Source: Macrostomum lignano
Lineage: Eukaryota
Direction: 5' to 3'
Length of the DNA stretch: 64,000 nt
Assembly (NCBI GenBank): GCA_002269645.1
Contig: NIVC01000103.1
Coordinates: forward strand, 434,001-498,000
Shown here: in pieces, positions 30,401 through 44,103 of the stretch
Numbering within the stretch: the stretch's first letter is position 1
How the letters are laid out: each line of letters opens with the position of its first letter
Made by a program: the position numbers and the translations under genes
The notes under the pieces: model-generated
What the model was told of the DNA's origin: nothing
Database searches by the model: none
What the model saw: the letters and a program-made list of their open reading frames with translations, nothing else

Positions 30401-31106
30401 GGCTGGGATAGCATTGATGCTGGGGAAGCTGATGGGGATGCGGGTGTGCTTGATGACGAGTGAGGCTGGGATAGCATTGATGCTGGGGAAGCTGATGGGG
30501 ATGCGGGTGGGCTTGATGCCACATTAGTGAGGCTGGGGTGGCATTAATGAGGAGTGATGCTGGGGAAGGCATAATGAGAAGTGAGGCTGGGGAAGGCAGC
30601 TGATGTGATGATTTCTGAAGTTGCCCATGAGGCTACTATCAGTAGTAAGCGTTTAGAAATACTATATATTCAGTGTTTTGCTTGGTTAAATTGCATATTA
30701 ATTGTTTATTGATGTTGTGACTGCAGACTGCTTTTAAATTATTGTATAGCAGTATTTAGTTTGGCCTATGAGGTTATGTTTATCAAATAAATCGTGACCA
30801 AGTTAAGTATGATGGAGTGCGTTATTAATGAAGTTGATTGTTTTGGGTGAAAAAAAGTGTTAGAAAAAGTTTTTCAAAGTTTTATTTTTATTAGTTGGAT
30901 TTTACATGACAGACTTTAATACATCATTCATTTTGTCAATTTCAGCGAATTTTCTAGCTCACAAAGCTTCATTAATATAGAAGCTTTAAAACAGAGAGTT
31001 TAAGCTTTCAACATGATGCCTCCAGCGCCAAATATGATGCCCTGATTGCAACAGCAGCTTTCTGCTTTGTTGTCTAAGCTGATTAGAACTCGAACTCTGC
31101 TTTTTA

Positions 31107-34100
31107 ATGTCGTTCACTTGTCGCCTATGCTTGCTGCGGCAGCCACTCGCGCCTCCAGCCGCCGCCTCAATGCATCGCTTGTTGTTGTCGTCTTTGTCCG
31201 GCCAGCCTCGGCGTCTTCTGTCCGGGACACCGTCCTCTTCAGAGCCGGGCTCTGGCGGCGGCGGAGTTGACGCGAAGCCAAATGTGAAGGTTGTGCCGAG
31301 AATTAAAACAGATATTAAGTAAGCGGCGCTTTGATTTTTAGTCAACTACGTTTCTCTCTGGTCTAAAGTGTGCTTTTGTGCATTGTGCTGAATAGGGTTC
31401 GCCCCAGCTTCCGGCTCTCCATCAATTCTCGCAACATGCCTGAAGAAGCGGAATTTCCTTGTCTTTCCAGGAAATGCGTAGTTGTCTTAGAGGCCGGTGA
31501 CACTATGCAGTCTATTGAATGGCGTACTAACCGCTGCCAGTTCTGCTTAACTGGCAAATTTCGTTAGTGTAGCCAGTTTCTAAATTTGTGTGACTCAAAA
31601 CATCAAATGCCAAAACATCATTCATTTAAATCATTTACACTAAAATTCACTTCACATTCTTCTCTTGCTACTCGTTAGTAGTTCATCTATAATATTTGTC
31701 AACTTTTTCGATGCCTGCCCTAACAGATACGACGGGTCCGTAAAGTCTATGCACTTCATCACCCCTCTGCGGGCGATGCGCGAATACGTGCTGGAATTCT
31801 CCGACTTGGACAAGCTCACTAAGTACTCCAGTCGAAGCCCCTATTCGCACAATGTACGCATCGAGCTGTACAATAGAGCTGATATTGAAGCCCTGGCCTA
31901 CGCCAAACACGGCGGTAAGGATTCTCTGGACCGACTGCGCGAACGCCTCTCCAGGCAGCAGCTGGAGGAGCGGACGAACTTGTTTAATATTAAGAAAGCG
32001 CTTAAGAAACTGCACGGCCAGAGCACTATGGAGCAGGAGCGGATGGAGGAGTGAGTTGTGCTATTGATAAGTGTTCGGGAAATTCTGTCCTTCATGTACA
32101 TAGACACCGATCCACTCCGCTATCAGGATCCCTTTACTTCTGCGTACATTAAGCACCAACCCCACATCACAAACTAGATTCCCTTCCCTCTATGCACATT
32201 AGACACCAACCCCACTCCGCTATCAGGATTCCCTTCCCTCCGTGTACATAGGACACCAACCCCACTCCGCTATCAGGATTCCCTTCCCTCCGTGTACATT
32301 AGACACCAACCTCACTCCGCAATCTGGATTCCCTTCCCTCTGTGTACAATGGACACCAACCCCACTCCGCTATCAGGATTCCCTTCCCTCTGTGTACATT
32401 AGACACCAACCTCACTCCGCAATCTGGATTCCCTTACCTCTGTGTACATTGGACACCAACCCCACTCCGCTATCAGGATTCCCTTCCCTCCCTCTGTGTA
32501 CATTCAACACCAACCCCACTCCATCTGCTATCCAGCTAATCCTAAACTAAGCCCTCCCATATCCACCTACGCAGGTACAATGCCCGCCTAGACCGGCCCA
32601 GCGAGAGCCTGGTCCAATCCAAGGCTGGCCGAATCGTGCTAACAGCCGTGGCCATCAACGCGGCCAATGCTGGCATCAAAGCGGTGGCCTGGTGGTTCAC
32701 GGGATCGCACAGCATGCTAGGCGAGACTGTGCACTCGCTAGCCGACACGCTCAATCAGATCATTCTGGCATTCGGTCTGCACCAATCGCTGCAACGCCCA
32801 GACGAGACGCATCCGTACGGTTACGCACCGTTGCGCAACGTGTCCTCGCTAATTAGTGGCGTTGGCATATTCTTCTGCGGCGCTGTGGTGGCCTGGTACG
32901 AGGGCATGCGCGGCCTTAGCGGCGCTGCCGACGGGCCGCACAATCTGTACTGGGCCATGGTCATCATGGGCGGCTCCCTGCTGTCCGAAGGCGCCACGCT
33001 GATTATGGCGCTGAGACACGCGCAGCAGGAGGCGGCTAGGATGAACATCAGCTTGCGGCAGTTCGTTGTGGCAGGTTACGATCCGTCTACTAATGTGGTG
33101 CTGATGGAGGATCTGGCCGCGGTTGCCGGGGTCACCGTTGCCACCGTTGGCATGGGACTGAGCGCCTGGACTGGACACGCCTATCCCGACGCTGCCGGGG
33201 CCGTTGTGATTGGCTGCCTGCTGGCTGGGGTGGCCGGCTTCATTGTGCGGACTAATGCTCAGGTTGGTCTGGCTTGAGTTCTTGGATGTTCAGTGCTGTG
33301 TCTGTAGGTATTGGATGCTGTGTCTGTAGGTATTGGATGGTGAGTCTGTAGGTATTGGATGGTGTGTCTGTAGGTATTGGATGGTGTGTCTGTAGGTATT
33401 GGATGGTGTGTCTGTAGGTATTTGATGCTGTGTTTGGGAAGTATTGGATGGTGTGTCTGGAGGTTGCTGAAATAGTGGTCTGGTTGTGTAAGAATTGTGC
33501 ATATTTTTCTAAGGGCTGTTAAGTTGCTGTATCTGGCCCTGGGAGCGTTGGATGATGGATTGATTTGTCCGGGAGTGCTAATGCTGTGTCTTATTTGCTG
33601 ACACTGCTGAGGGTAATAGCCGGTGCATTCAGCTTCTGAATGACAAATGCATGCAACATTTTTTTAAACTCACTACCCGGCAGGCTCTCATCGGCAAAAG
33701 TGTGCCAGCACAACAGCGCGACGCGATGCTTCGCGTTATGGAACGGCACAAAGTAGTGCGCGGTGTCTACGACTGCAAAGCTACGGTGCTTGGCACCTCG
33801 GTTCGGCTCAAAGCAGAAGTTGATATTGACGGCGCTGTGCTCACCATGCGCTATTTGGAGACTCAGCAGCCTGGCAAACTACTGCAGGTGAGTTTTGAGT
33901 CGGTATGGATTTTTATTTAGTGGGGGGGGGTTGGTGTTGAGAGTGGTAACGTTGCTCGGAGAGGGACGAGGTCGTAAAGTGGGGTGGTGGGGCTGCGATG
34001 GAATGAAGTCGTAAAGTGGGTGGTGGGGCTGTGCGGGGAGGAAGGAAGTTGCAAAGTGGGGTGGTGGGTCTGCGCAGAAAGAGACGAGGTCGTAAAGTGG

Positions 34101-34699
34101 GGTGGTGGGGCTGTGCGGGGAGGAAGGAAGTTGCAAAGTGGGGTGGTGAGTCTGCGCAGAAAGAGACGAGGTCGTAAAGTGGGGTGGTAGGGCTGCGCGG
34201 GATGGAATGAAGTCGCAAAGTGGGTAGGTGGGTCTGCGCGGAAAGAGACGAGGTCGTAAAGTGGGGTGGTAGGGCTGCGCGGGATGGAATGAAGTCGCAA
34301 AGTGGGTAGGTGGGTCTGCGCAGAAAGAGACGAGGTCGTAAAGTGGGGTGGTGGGGCTGCGCGGGATGGAATGAAGTCGCAAAGTGGGGTGGTGGGTCTG
34401 CGCGGAAAGAGACGAGGTCGTAAAGTGGGGTGGTGGGGCTGTGCGGGATGGAATGAAGTCGCAAAGTGGGGTGGTAGGGCTGCGCGCAGAGGGAGGTCGC
34501 AAAGTGGTTGCATATATACTCCCCTATTACCAATCCACAGGAGATCAAGGCAATCGAGACAGAACAACAGGCATTGAAATTCTTAATGAAGCACGGCGAG
34601 AATATTACTAACATTCTTGGCGCCGAGATTAATGAAATTGAGGCTAGCATTAAGAAAGAATTTCCAGAAGTGAAGCACATCGACCTTGAGATCAATTGA
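31107..34699 (+). CDS. SLC30A9: Zinc transporter 9 (mitochondrial cation diffusion facilitator); exons 31107-31318, 31727-32050, 32575-33262, 33684-33887, 34541-34699
   Basis: Arg/Ser/Leu-rich presequence; ITPLRAMREYVL...DL...RSPY N-terminal domain; CDF core KAVAWWFTGSHSMLGETVHSLADTLNQ, HPYGY, VVLMEDLAAV; C-terminus FLMKHGENITNILGAEINEIE...PEVKHIDLEI; all phases consistent. Confidence 0.95.
32105..32520. repeat. Intronic minisatellite (~58-bp unit) in SLC30A9 intron 2
   Basis: Repeated GACACCAACCCCACTCCGCTATCAGGATTCCCTTCCCTC. Confidence 0.85.
33295..33460. repeat. Intronic 24-bp tandem repeat (GTGTCTGTAGGTATTGGATG core)
   Basis: Direct tandem copies. Confidence 0.85.
33965..34505. repeat. 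Intronic compound minisatellite (GTCGTAAAGTGGGGTGGTGGGGCTG core)
   Basis: Direct tandem copies; explains several spurious ORFs. Confidence 0.9.
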
Positions 34700-37119
34700 T
34701 GCCTTGTGTTTGTTCCTGCAATTCTGCGTTAATTAGAGTACAGACCCTGCGAATATGTCTCTGATTATCTAATTAAAGCTAACTGCATCAATGTGATTAG
34801 CAAAATTGCGATTATTAAATAGCAAGTGCAAAATTAGTGTACAAATTCTGTTGCTTGTTTGGTTTGCTCGCTTGCGCCTTTCCTCCACGCCTTTTTTCAG
34901 TCTTGAATTGCTCACCTTGAGTCGCGTATTGATTGTACTTGTAGGCCTGTAAATATTATATGCTACTGCGATGTGACAGTGAACACACGCGATCTGTATT
35001 CGATTTTTTGCATATAAACAAAGATGCGTCATGTATTGTAACCTTAAAAAATCAACTCAATTCTGTCCTGGCAAACCTGTTAACCTTACAACAACTCAGT
35101 AATTAATTTCTGAATATAGTTGTTGACAAGCAGGACGTTAATAACAGTGCTCATGGACGGTTGCAGTGCTCTTAACTTCGCAATGTACTTTCGTATCACT
35201 CTGGTTTTTTGTTGCTACTTAATTTGTGAAGTCCTTTATGTGTACAAAATTAATATAATAAATTGAAAGCGCAGTCAAGGAGGCTTCATTTATGTATGAA
35301 ACTGTAGAAGAGCTTATTAATTCACTAACGCCTATATAAAAAGACGTAAAAAATCTTTATTGTTTTATAAATGGTTTTTGCTTTAATGTTTTAGCGGAGA
35401 AATCTGCTACTTAAAAAAACTTCTGGGTTACTCTGGGTGTTTTAGAGTTTTCTGAGAAGAGAACCATAAAACTACGTCTATGCGTAATACGAGGAGCACG
35501 TTAGCTAAGCACTCCATACATTGCGCATGTGCAAAGCTGACTACATTTGCATGTACGTTGGCCCTTTGGCTGATTTTTTTGGTATGGTACTATACTGACT
35601 ACCACTAAAAAACGGCCTTGCAATATTTATCTCGTTAGTTTTGCACCTGAGTAATCGACCTTGACATTACGGCAGAGGTAGGCACAAGGATCACTAGAAG
35701 TTATCATTGAATGCCATTGCATATTTTAAATAGTGAGTACTGAATTGTCAAGGACAGCATTTCCATATTTATATATAACATTTAAAAGATTTTTAAGGGC
35801 AGAAAAAAGTGCGTGTTTATGAAATTGTCATGGTTTAGATATTAAAGGAACACTTACTTTTACTTGATAACACATTACAAAACTCGTTCTTGGTATCAAA
35901 TACTTGTTCTCGTGCAAGCGTTTCGTGTTACTTTTAAATCGTTGTTTTATAGGAAACACCGGAATTTTAAGTGATTTTATCAAAACTGACAATTTAAGTG
36001 TTCTGAAAGTTTTTTATTAGCTAAAATTAAAACCTAAGTGTTTTAATAAGCGTTATTTCTCCATATTTTTGCTTTAGGATTAAAATATGCAGTACAACAT
36101 TGCAATGTTGATGCTTGGATACAGTTTCAAGCAGGATGACTGATTTAGTGATCGATTGGATTTGTTGTTGGTTATTTACTTAACTGCTTCATTTGCTCAT
36201 CAGAAATGCGTCACAGACAGTCTAGATAAAATCTTTAAAAGCTTTTAATACAGTATGGGTAAGTTATGTCATATTTTTCATATTTTATTTTAATATTTAT
36301 CTTATCTATCCGCTTTTTTATATCATTTTTTACAATACTAGCTATATATTTCCAGATTGGAATGCATATAAACAAGTGACATAACCTTCGATAAAATTAA
36401 AGTCTATTCAGGATAAGAAATATTTTCTATCAATTCAAAACTATTTTGGCATTTCCTTGTAAAACTGAGCATTTCTGTGTATCCAGTATATACAGACTGC
36501 AGTATTTTAGTATTAAATTATATATTTACCTTAAAATGACTATGAGACTATGAGCTCACTTCTACTATGTTGCATATAATTAACAAAAAGCCTAAAGTTT
36601 TTCCAGCAGAATTTCACAAAGATTGCAGCCATATATGTGTTTTTGTACATTATTTTGTTCTATTAATAATACTACCTACAGTCAGGATATTATTATTATC
36701 ATTATAGCTTCTAATATGCTTATTTCTTAATTTTTGTGATTGTATAATTTGTTTCTCTTTCAGGAAAAGAGAAGGCTTCAGGAAAAAGTTTAGAGATTTT
36801 TATACTTGATCATTCCAATTTTTTTAGAAACAAAAAGTTGCTCATCAAATATTTAATGTCTAATAGTTCTATTTGATATTTAATGCCTTAAATTTAGCAT
36901 TTATGAGCAAAGTATATATGGTATTACTAATAAATTGTTATATAGATTATTATCAGTCAAATATATTTGTTCATTATATCTACATGTATAGTGTAAATGA
37001 TTTAAAAAGAATTGTGACAAATGATTTTTATATATTTAGGGTGGAGATAATTAATTATAAAAAAACTGTCAGTGTCAATTTTCTTAAGTCAGATTGAATA
37101 AATCCTCAGCGGGAAACAC

Positions 37120-38903
37120 ATGCCCCTCACCCCATCTCTTCGCGCAGAGGCCGTCCGACACCCGATCTCGTCTGGTCTGTTCAACAAGGACGAGAACTAC
37201 GTCCGCGGCATCGAAGCGGCTGTCGAGCAGCTCTACGAGCGCGAGTTCGCCGAACAGTGCCACACGCCGCAGTACGCGCTGAGGCTCAGGCAGGACTACC
37301 CGGAGCCCTGCAAAGAATCACTGCTGTTCAAGACCCACCTGCTGGCACCTAACCGGGTGAGTTATTTTCAGTCAGGGCACCATAGGAACAATTTTTGGGA
37401 AAAAGTTCCCAAAATAAATTTTAAGGCCAAATTTGAATTCTTTTTGAAGGCCAATTTCGATTGGATTTTTTCTATATTTTACCTTTCAAACTGCGTTAGA
37501 GAAAGGCGAAGGCTACTTAAAGTAATATACAATTCTTGAGAAAGAAACACTAGACCAGAAATCATAATGCATACGTATTCGCTTCTTTTCTGATTCTTGT
37601 CAGCTACTAACAGTAGAGTTAATCGATTGTTTCACGATTCTAAGCAGAAAAGCATAATTATTGTTCTATGGCAGTGTCCATCACACTGTAGTGTTTTTTT
37701 CTTAAATCCTTTCTTTTATTCTGCGCGCTTTGCAAGCCGTCCACCCAAACCAGTGAATTGCAATTGTCCAGAGCAGCAGCGGCGAGAATGAGAAAGCGAG
37801 AGTCCTACATCATTAATTATTAATGAGCCTTGCCAAGTCTGCATCTGTAATCAACTCAATCCGATTCCATGCCGTTCCGCTTGACAACGGCGAGAACTCT
37901 CTTCAACTATAGACTTGCAGACTCACTCGTGTGAGCCCTGTGCAAATTTTACAGCCTCCTCCCCGCCATCCTGGCTCCCATTTTAAACCATCCGCACCGA
38001 TGGCCTATTTAAACCCATTGGCATAGGCTGGGAACTTCTATAAAAGCTGAACTGCATTTTGGATTTGTTATAAACACATCCGGCTTAAATTTCTTTTTTG
38101 TACCGAGTGAGTTTTGCGTTTTCAGTTATTCCTTTAAAATGCATTTCATCATTTTGCGCTTTTCAGCATGTCTTACTGTGTCTCATCATGTCTCATCATT
38201 TCTCACCATGTTTCATTGTCTCATGATGTCTCATGATGTCTCATGTTGTCTCATGTTGTCTCATGTTGTCTCATGTTGTTTCATGATGTCTCATGATGTC
38301 TCATGATGTCTCATGATGTCTCATGATGTCTCATGATGTCTCATGATGTCTCATGTTGTCTCATGATGTCTCATGATGTCTCATGTTGTCTCATGATGTC
38401 TCATGATGTCTCATGATGTCTCATGTTGTCTCATGATGTCTCATGTTGTCTCATGATGTCTCATGATTTCTCGTATGTCTCGTCATCTCTAATTGTGTCT
38501 CATCATGTCTTACGGTATCTCATCGTGTCTCATAATGCCTAATTATGTTTAATCATGTCTAAAAATCAGCTCTCATTATGTCTCGTGATATCTCATTTCA
38601 CCACAAACCATAATTATATGCTCATCGTGACTCACCAGAGGCAGACAAACGCGCTTTGATTCCAGCAGACTCAACAGCTCTGTTGGCTCACGAACAATGG
38701 TGATCGTGCGCACCAGCCACGGCAACTACGAGCTGCACATTCCCGGCTATCCGTCCCAGATTATCAACTTCCTGTACAAGGTTTGCCCTGCCCGCCATCC
38801 CAGTGCGTGCACTTCTGGTCACAGCGTCACCCACCTGTCCGACACAAAATATTAAACTGTCACGTTTTACACATTCTTAGTAGTTACAGTAGTAGTCTGT
38901 GCA

Positions 38904-38984
<81 letters not shown>

Positions 38985-41900
38985 GTCTGTCAGTCTGTCT
39001 GTCTGTCTGTCTGTCTGTCTTAGTGTCCTTTTGACACTGTCCAATATTTATTCTTCCTTTTATCATAAATTTTTCAATATAGCAGAAAATCGTTTTGATT
39101 TAAATTTTTATATCACTTCGACATTACTACTTAGTAGTATTAGAATGATCTTGTGTTGATTTTTAAATCTTATATTTTCAGCATTGAGCTTATAACTATC
39201 TAGCAAATTGAAAAAGTCAAAACACTTAGCACTTCGTGAAATTTGTTTCGATACATATCGGCTGAAATGCATGTTCCTTATTTATTTTCACTCGCTTTTA
39301 CAGTTAAGAAAGACAGGTCGCACGTCTTTATCTTTCTCTGACTTTCGTAAAGATCATATTCTGTTTACTCAGATTATTTGAGATCCCGAATCTTCCAAAA
39401 TTGATTTGCTCAAATCCTCAAATCTCCCGCAGCTCGAGCAGCAGGACGGCGGAGCGCGCCGAGCAAAATCTGCTTACGAAAAAACTCGCCGCCAAAACCC
39501 GGCCATCCCGCCCGGGAGCTTCTATCGGCCGACGTCTGCGCACCCGTTCCAGCAGCCTCCGCCTGAACCTGCCGGCGAGGACTCCTACAGATATGGCAGG
39601 CCAACCAGAGCTTCGTGAGTTGCTGTTTGCCCTCTATTTGTTATTTACTTGTCACAGCATCCGTGACTTCCCCTCTCCCCTTCCCTATCTCCCTGTCGCG
39701 ACTTGCTTAGGCATTCTTCTGCTCTTCTGAACTCGGCTCTTTTTACTCCATCTGTCTGTCCAGTTCAGTCTTGTTATTCTTGTCTCTCTCCTTCGCTGCC
39801 TTCTGATTGGCTCTTCGATCTGACCTCTTTCCTCTCTCTCCCCTTCCCTCTTTTCCTCTATTCTGCTCTCTCCCTCTCTCCCTCTCCCTCTCTCCCTCTC
39901 TCCCTCTCCCTCTTTCTCTCTCCCTCTCCCTCTCTTCCTCTCTTCCTTTCTCCCTCTCTCCCTCTCTCCCTCTCTCCCTCTCTCCCTCTCTTCCTCTCTC
40001 CCTCTCTTCCTCTCTCCCTCTCTTCCTCTCTCCCTCTCTCCCTCTCTCCCTCTCTCCCTCTCTCCCTCTCTCCATCTCTCCCTGTCTCCCTCTCTCCCTC
40101 TCTCCCTCTCTCCCTCTCTCCTCTCTCCCTCTCTCCCTCTCCCTATAGATTGACTCTCTCCCTATCTTCGTCATTCCATTTTCCTCTCTCCCTCTCCGCC
40201 CAAAACTTATTTTTTCGATGCAATATATAATCGTTACAAATCAAGAGAATTCCGCGTGCTACTCAAAACTTGTAGAATTCTTAGAAACCAGAACCGAATT
40301 CAATCGGCCCCAGTCGCGATTCAAGAGGAGCGCCGGCAAGACCGACTGAGTGCGTGACGCATTTTTGAAATCAAACAAAACTCAAATGACTCATTTTTTA
40401 GAAAATCATTGTTGAAAAAAAATTTCTTTAACTTTTACAGGAGCAGAGAGGCTGGAACGAAAGCGCTGCATCTCTGCTAATCAAGTGCAGAGAGAGTGAG
40501 TTTTGTTTAGAAAAAGTTTTTTGAAACTTATTTGTCAAATTCCTAAAATTGCTAAATTACAGCATGAGATTATAAATAAAATTTTCACACCTGCTTCCCC
40601 ACCCCGTCTCACAACAAAGGCTGGCGGAACGAAAAAGCGGGCGCGTCACGGGCGAAACGTTTCACGCCTTTCTGGTTGGAGCCAGATACAACTCGTGAGT
40701 GCCGCCCGCACTGCGCTACTCTTAGTAGAAAGAAGCACTTTTTGTGTCTGTTTTAAGTAGCATAATAAACAGGTGGATATACATATCTAGCTTATAGACA
40801 TTTATCCATCTGCTTCATAAACATCTATACCCTGCACCCATCAATAGATAGACAGCTATATACCCTCCACTCATCTATAGATAGACATACATATCTTCTG
40901 CCCATCTATAGAAGCCTGTAGACAGCTTTCCCGTCTATAGACATTAACCTACGTTCAGGAGGCATTCAACTATTCTGAAAGTGACTGAAGCAATCACGCT
41001 GAGCCATCATTGTTTCCCGTGAACCTCCCGCCACTCCGCAGAAGCAACTACATCGACCGCCGGGTCATAGACAGGTACGGCATGTACCTGCCGCGCAGCA
41101 ACCCGGCTGAATGCTTTGGCCGGCCCGACCGCCTCTTGACTTCGCTCGACAGTCCGTTCGGCGACGGCGACGGCGGTGGCTGTCAGCCTTCGTTCGCCAG
41201 CGGCATCGGCGGCCTCAGCGGAGGCGGCCTGGTCACCAGCGAAGACAACGAGAGGCTGGCCTCAGTGCTCAGCATGTTCAGCGGCGAGGAGGCCGCCGCA
41301 GCCAACGGCGACGGCGAAGATGTTGAAGACGGTGAGAGCGACGCCCCCGACACTGGCCGGCGACTGGTGTACTCCGTGGCCAGCGAGCGAGCCATCGAGA
41401 CCGTCGAAGAGGAGCACGAAGAGGCCGGCGTCAGCAAGCGAGACACGGATGGCAGCCACGGAGTCGGCCCGAAGATGCCGCTGGAGACGCCGCCTCCGCC
41501 GCCTCCGCCGCCATCGACAGCCGGCGACTCTCGCCGTCGGAATCTTCGCAGCGGCGTCGCCCGTCAAACCGTCGGCGGATTCGGCGTTGTCGGTCGGTCG
41601 TTTCAACCGCCTGCCAGCCAGCAGCCGCCGGCAACGCCGCCGACTTCGCAGCAGCAGCAGCGGTCGCTGTTGAACCATCAGCAGCACCAGCAGCACCAGC
41701 AGCTTCGGGATCGTCGACGAACTCCGCCGTCGATTCCGCGTGGCGCCGCCAGCCTGCCGGCCGTGCTGGGGCGGGCGATGCAGCAGCCGCCGCAGCAGCA
41801 GCTTCATCAGCACTCCGGATCTGCGTCCGGAACCCCGCGCCGAGTTGTGCCGCCAATGCCTGGCACCTATCCTGCTCACCTGCTGGCTCATCCTCAGCAG

Positions 41901-42350
41901 CAGCAGCCGCAGCCTCAGCAGCAGCGGTCCGTGAGCTTCAACCCGACGCCCGTGTCGCCGCCACGCCAGTCGCCGCGTCAGCCGCAGCAGGCGCCGTTCC
42001 GCGTCGGAGACTCGGACATCGAGCGGATGTTCGCCTTCGTTGAGACGGCGATCGCCGAGCGCAGTAGCGCCGGCACCGGCAGGCGCGCGGTCTCGGCGGG
42101 GCGCCGTCAGCCGCAGCAGCCACAGCAGCTGCTCATTGGCCAGGCCCCCAGCAACACGCCCAGGGACAGGAAAGACGACCAGTCAGCACTGCCGCTGCAC
42201 CTCGAGGAGCTGGTCGAAGTGGACGAAGAGGCCGAGAAGGCTGACGTCGCGGAAGCTGCGACTGCTGCTGCTTCCCCTGGCGATGAAGCCGAAGAGAAGC
42301 TGCAGATCAAAGTGAGCCTGCAGACACCCGTAGAGAACTCCGAGCCTTAA
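37120..42350 (+). CDS. Uncharacterised multi-exon protein with a long Q/P-rich low-complexity C-terminus; exons 37120-37356, [unresolved exon], ~38639-38780, 39433-39614, 40285-40349, 40441-40495, 40620-40694, ~40991-42350
   Basis: The run of internal exons from ~38639 to 40694 joins in one open frame with canonical donors; the exon 1-2 link needs a missing phase 0-to-2 exon and the last acceptor is uncertain; the 41010-42350 ORF is GC-rich and coding-like. Confidence 0.55.
38190..38520. repeat. 10-bp tandem repeat (TCTCATGATG)
   Basis: Direct tandem copies. Confidence 0.93.
38900..39020. repeat. (TCTG)n microsatellite
   Basis: Direct inspection. Confidence 0.97.
39830..40145. repeat. CT-rich microsatellite (CTCTCTCC)n
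   Basis: Direct inspection. Confidence 0.93.
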
Positions 42351-42759
42351 TCTTCAAATCCACTTTGTAGGGAAATCTTTGCTGCCAATCGGGTTTCATT
42401 GAATTCGTGAAAACTTTATGTTTTGTGACTACTGCAAGTAGCGTGTTACGTTTAACAGGATTTCCAACGCGATTTCATAATCATACTTTCGTGTTGTTGA
42501 TCTTCCGTCTCTTCCGTTTCTTACTCACAATCAACGCGATGGGCTATGTCTATGTTAATGTTAATTTTCTTGCTCTTTAAAACTCTGAATTTAGTCAGTT
42601 TTCTATCTCCACACACAGCACACCTGAAGTTTATTGCAGAAGCGTGATCTGTATCAAGTTATTGAACTTTTTAAAGTTAGGTGCATGATATGTGGCTTAA
42701 ACTTGTTGTGTTTCTCCCCTCCTCAGGCCCACAGCACGACCACCCCTCCTCAAAACCAT

Positions 42760-43430
42760 ACAGTCACCCCTACACCACAAGACCATAGCACAGCCACCCC
42801 TTCCCAAGACCATAGCACAGCCACCCCTTCCCAAGACCATAGCACAGCCACCCCTTCCCAAGACCATAGCACAGCCACCCCTTCCCAAGACCATAGCACA
42901 GCCACCCCTTCCCAAGACCATAGCACAGCCACCCCTTCCCAAGACCATAGCACAGCCACCCCTTCCCAGGCCCATAGCACAGCCACCCCTTTTATTATTT
43001 TTTTTATTAGAGGCAGGGGGTTGTGTGCACCCTGGCGCACTTTAAGCGACATAGGCACACAACCGGCGAGAGGCATTGCTGCCCATTCCGCCGACTCGCC
43101 TGAGCAGGCATACAAGCGCGCGGATACGTACCCCCTCCCCAAGACCATAGCACAGTCACCCCTCCCCAAGACCATAGCACAGTCACCCCTCCCCAAGACC
43201 ATAGCACAGTCACCCCTCCCCAAGACCATAGCACAGTCATCCCTCCCCAAGACCATAGCACAGTCACCCCTCCCCAAGACCATAGCACAGTCACCCCTCC
43301 CCAAGACCATAGCACAGTCACCCCTCCCCAAGACAATAACACAGCCACCCCTCCCCGAGATAATAACACAGGCACCCCTCCCAAGACCATATATGTAGCA
43401 CAGTCATCACTCCCCAGGACCATAACACAG
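42760..43430. repeat. 27-bp minisatellite (GACCATAGCACAGCCACCCCTTCCCAA) in two blocks split by ~150 bp of unique sequence
   Basis: Direct tandem copies. Confidence 0.9.
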
Positions 43431-44103
43431 CGTCCTGGTGCGCCAGAAAATCTTGCAGAAGTTGAATGTTAAATTGCGTACTTTCTTACTCAATTTTTAT
43501 AGTAGCCTGTAATTGTGTTGTTAAAAATTTTCGGATAATCAGACACGCAATGTCCGTGATTTTCTGAACCTGCAACTGATATTACTAATAATTGATTGGA
43601 TTGAAGATTGCTCACAAATTCCTTAGCCGCTCATTAACTCACATCATTCCTAAGACCCCATAAAAGCCAAATGTGTTTTTCTATAAATCGTTTGCGTTTT
43701 ACTTTACTGGATGCCACTTATTCTACAGATTTTATACTTTTTTATGCTAACGTTAAAATTATATGCATCACGAAACTGTAGTCTGCAGTACTTGGTAATT
43801 CTGGCTTGTTTTATTGTAAATTTAGCAGACAAATATTTAAATAAAACAATAAAAAACAACTGAATGAGCAAGTCTTACGTCTCTTGAAATTCGAAAATTG
43901 TATTTCACTCTAACAAAACATTGCATGCATGCAAAGGCATCGCATTAATAAGGAACCTAACAGCAATCGTGCCACCTGTTCACCGCTAATGTCTTTGAAA
44001 ATGCTCTTTTTAAAAGAAAAAAATTCTTATATCATTTACACGCTTCTTAGCCTACTTCTGAAAACAAAAAGTAGTATCCTATGAAAATAACTACAAATTC
44101 AAT

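Noticed and set aside
34770-37090. AT-rich stretch searched for SL RNA, tRNA or snRNA genes
   Set aside because: No convincing cloverleaf, Sm site with stem-loops, or Pol III boxes recognised by eye
40960-40988. In-frame TGA ahead of the 41010 ORF as possible selenocysteine or readthrough
   Set aside because: No SECIS or redox motif identified; the upstream exon phase does not use that frame, and an alternative acceptor explains it more simply
42634-43398. Mucin-like ORF (QDHSTATPS / PKTIAQSPL repeats) with an acceptor-like site
   Set aside because: 27-bp tandem repeat open in several frames; no signal peptide or linked exons found
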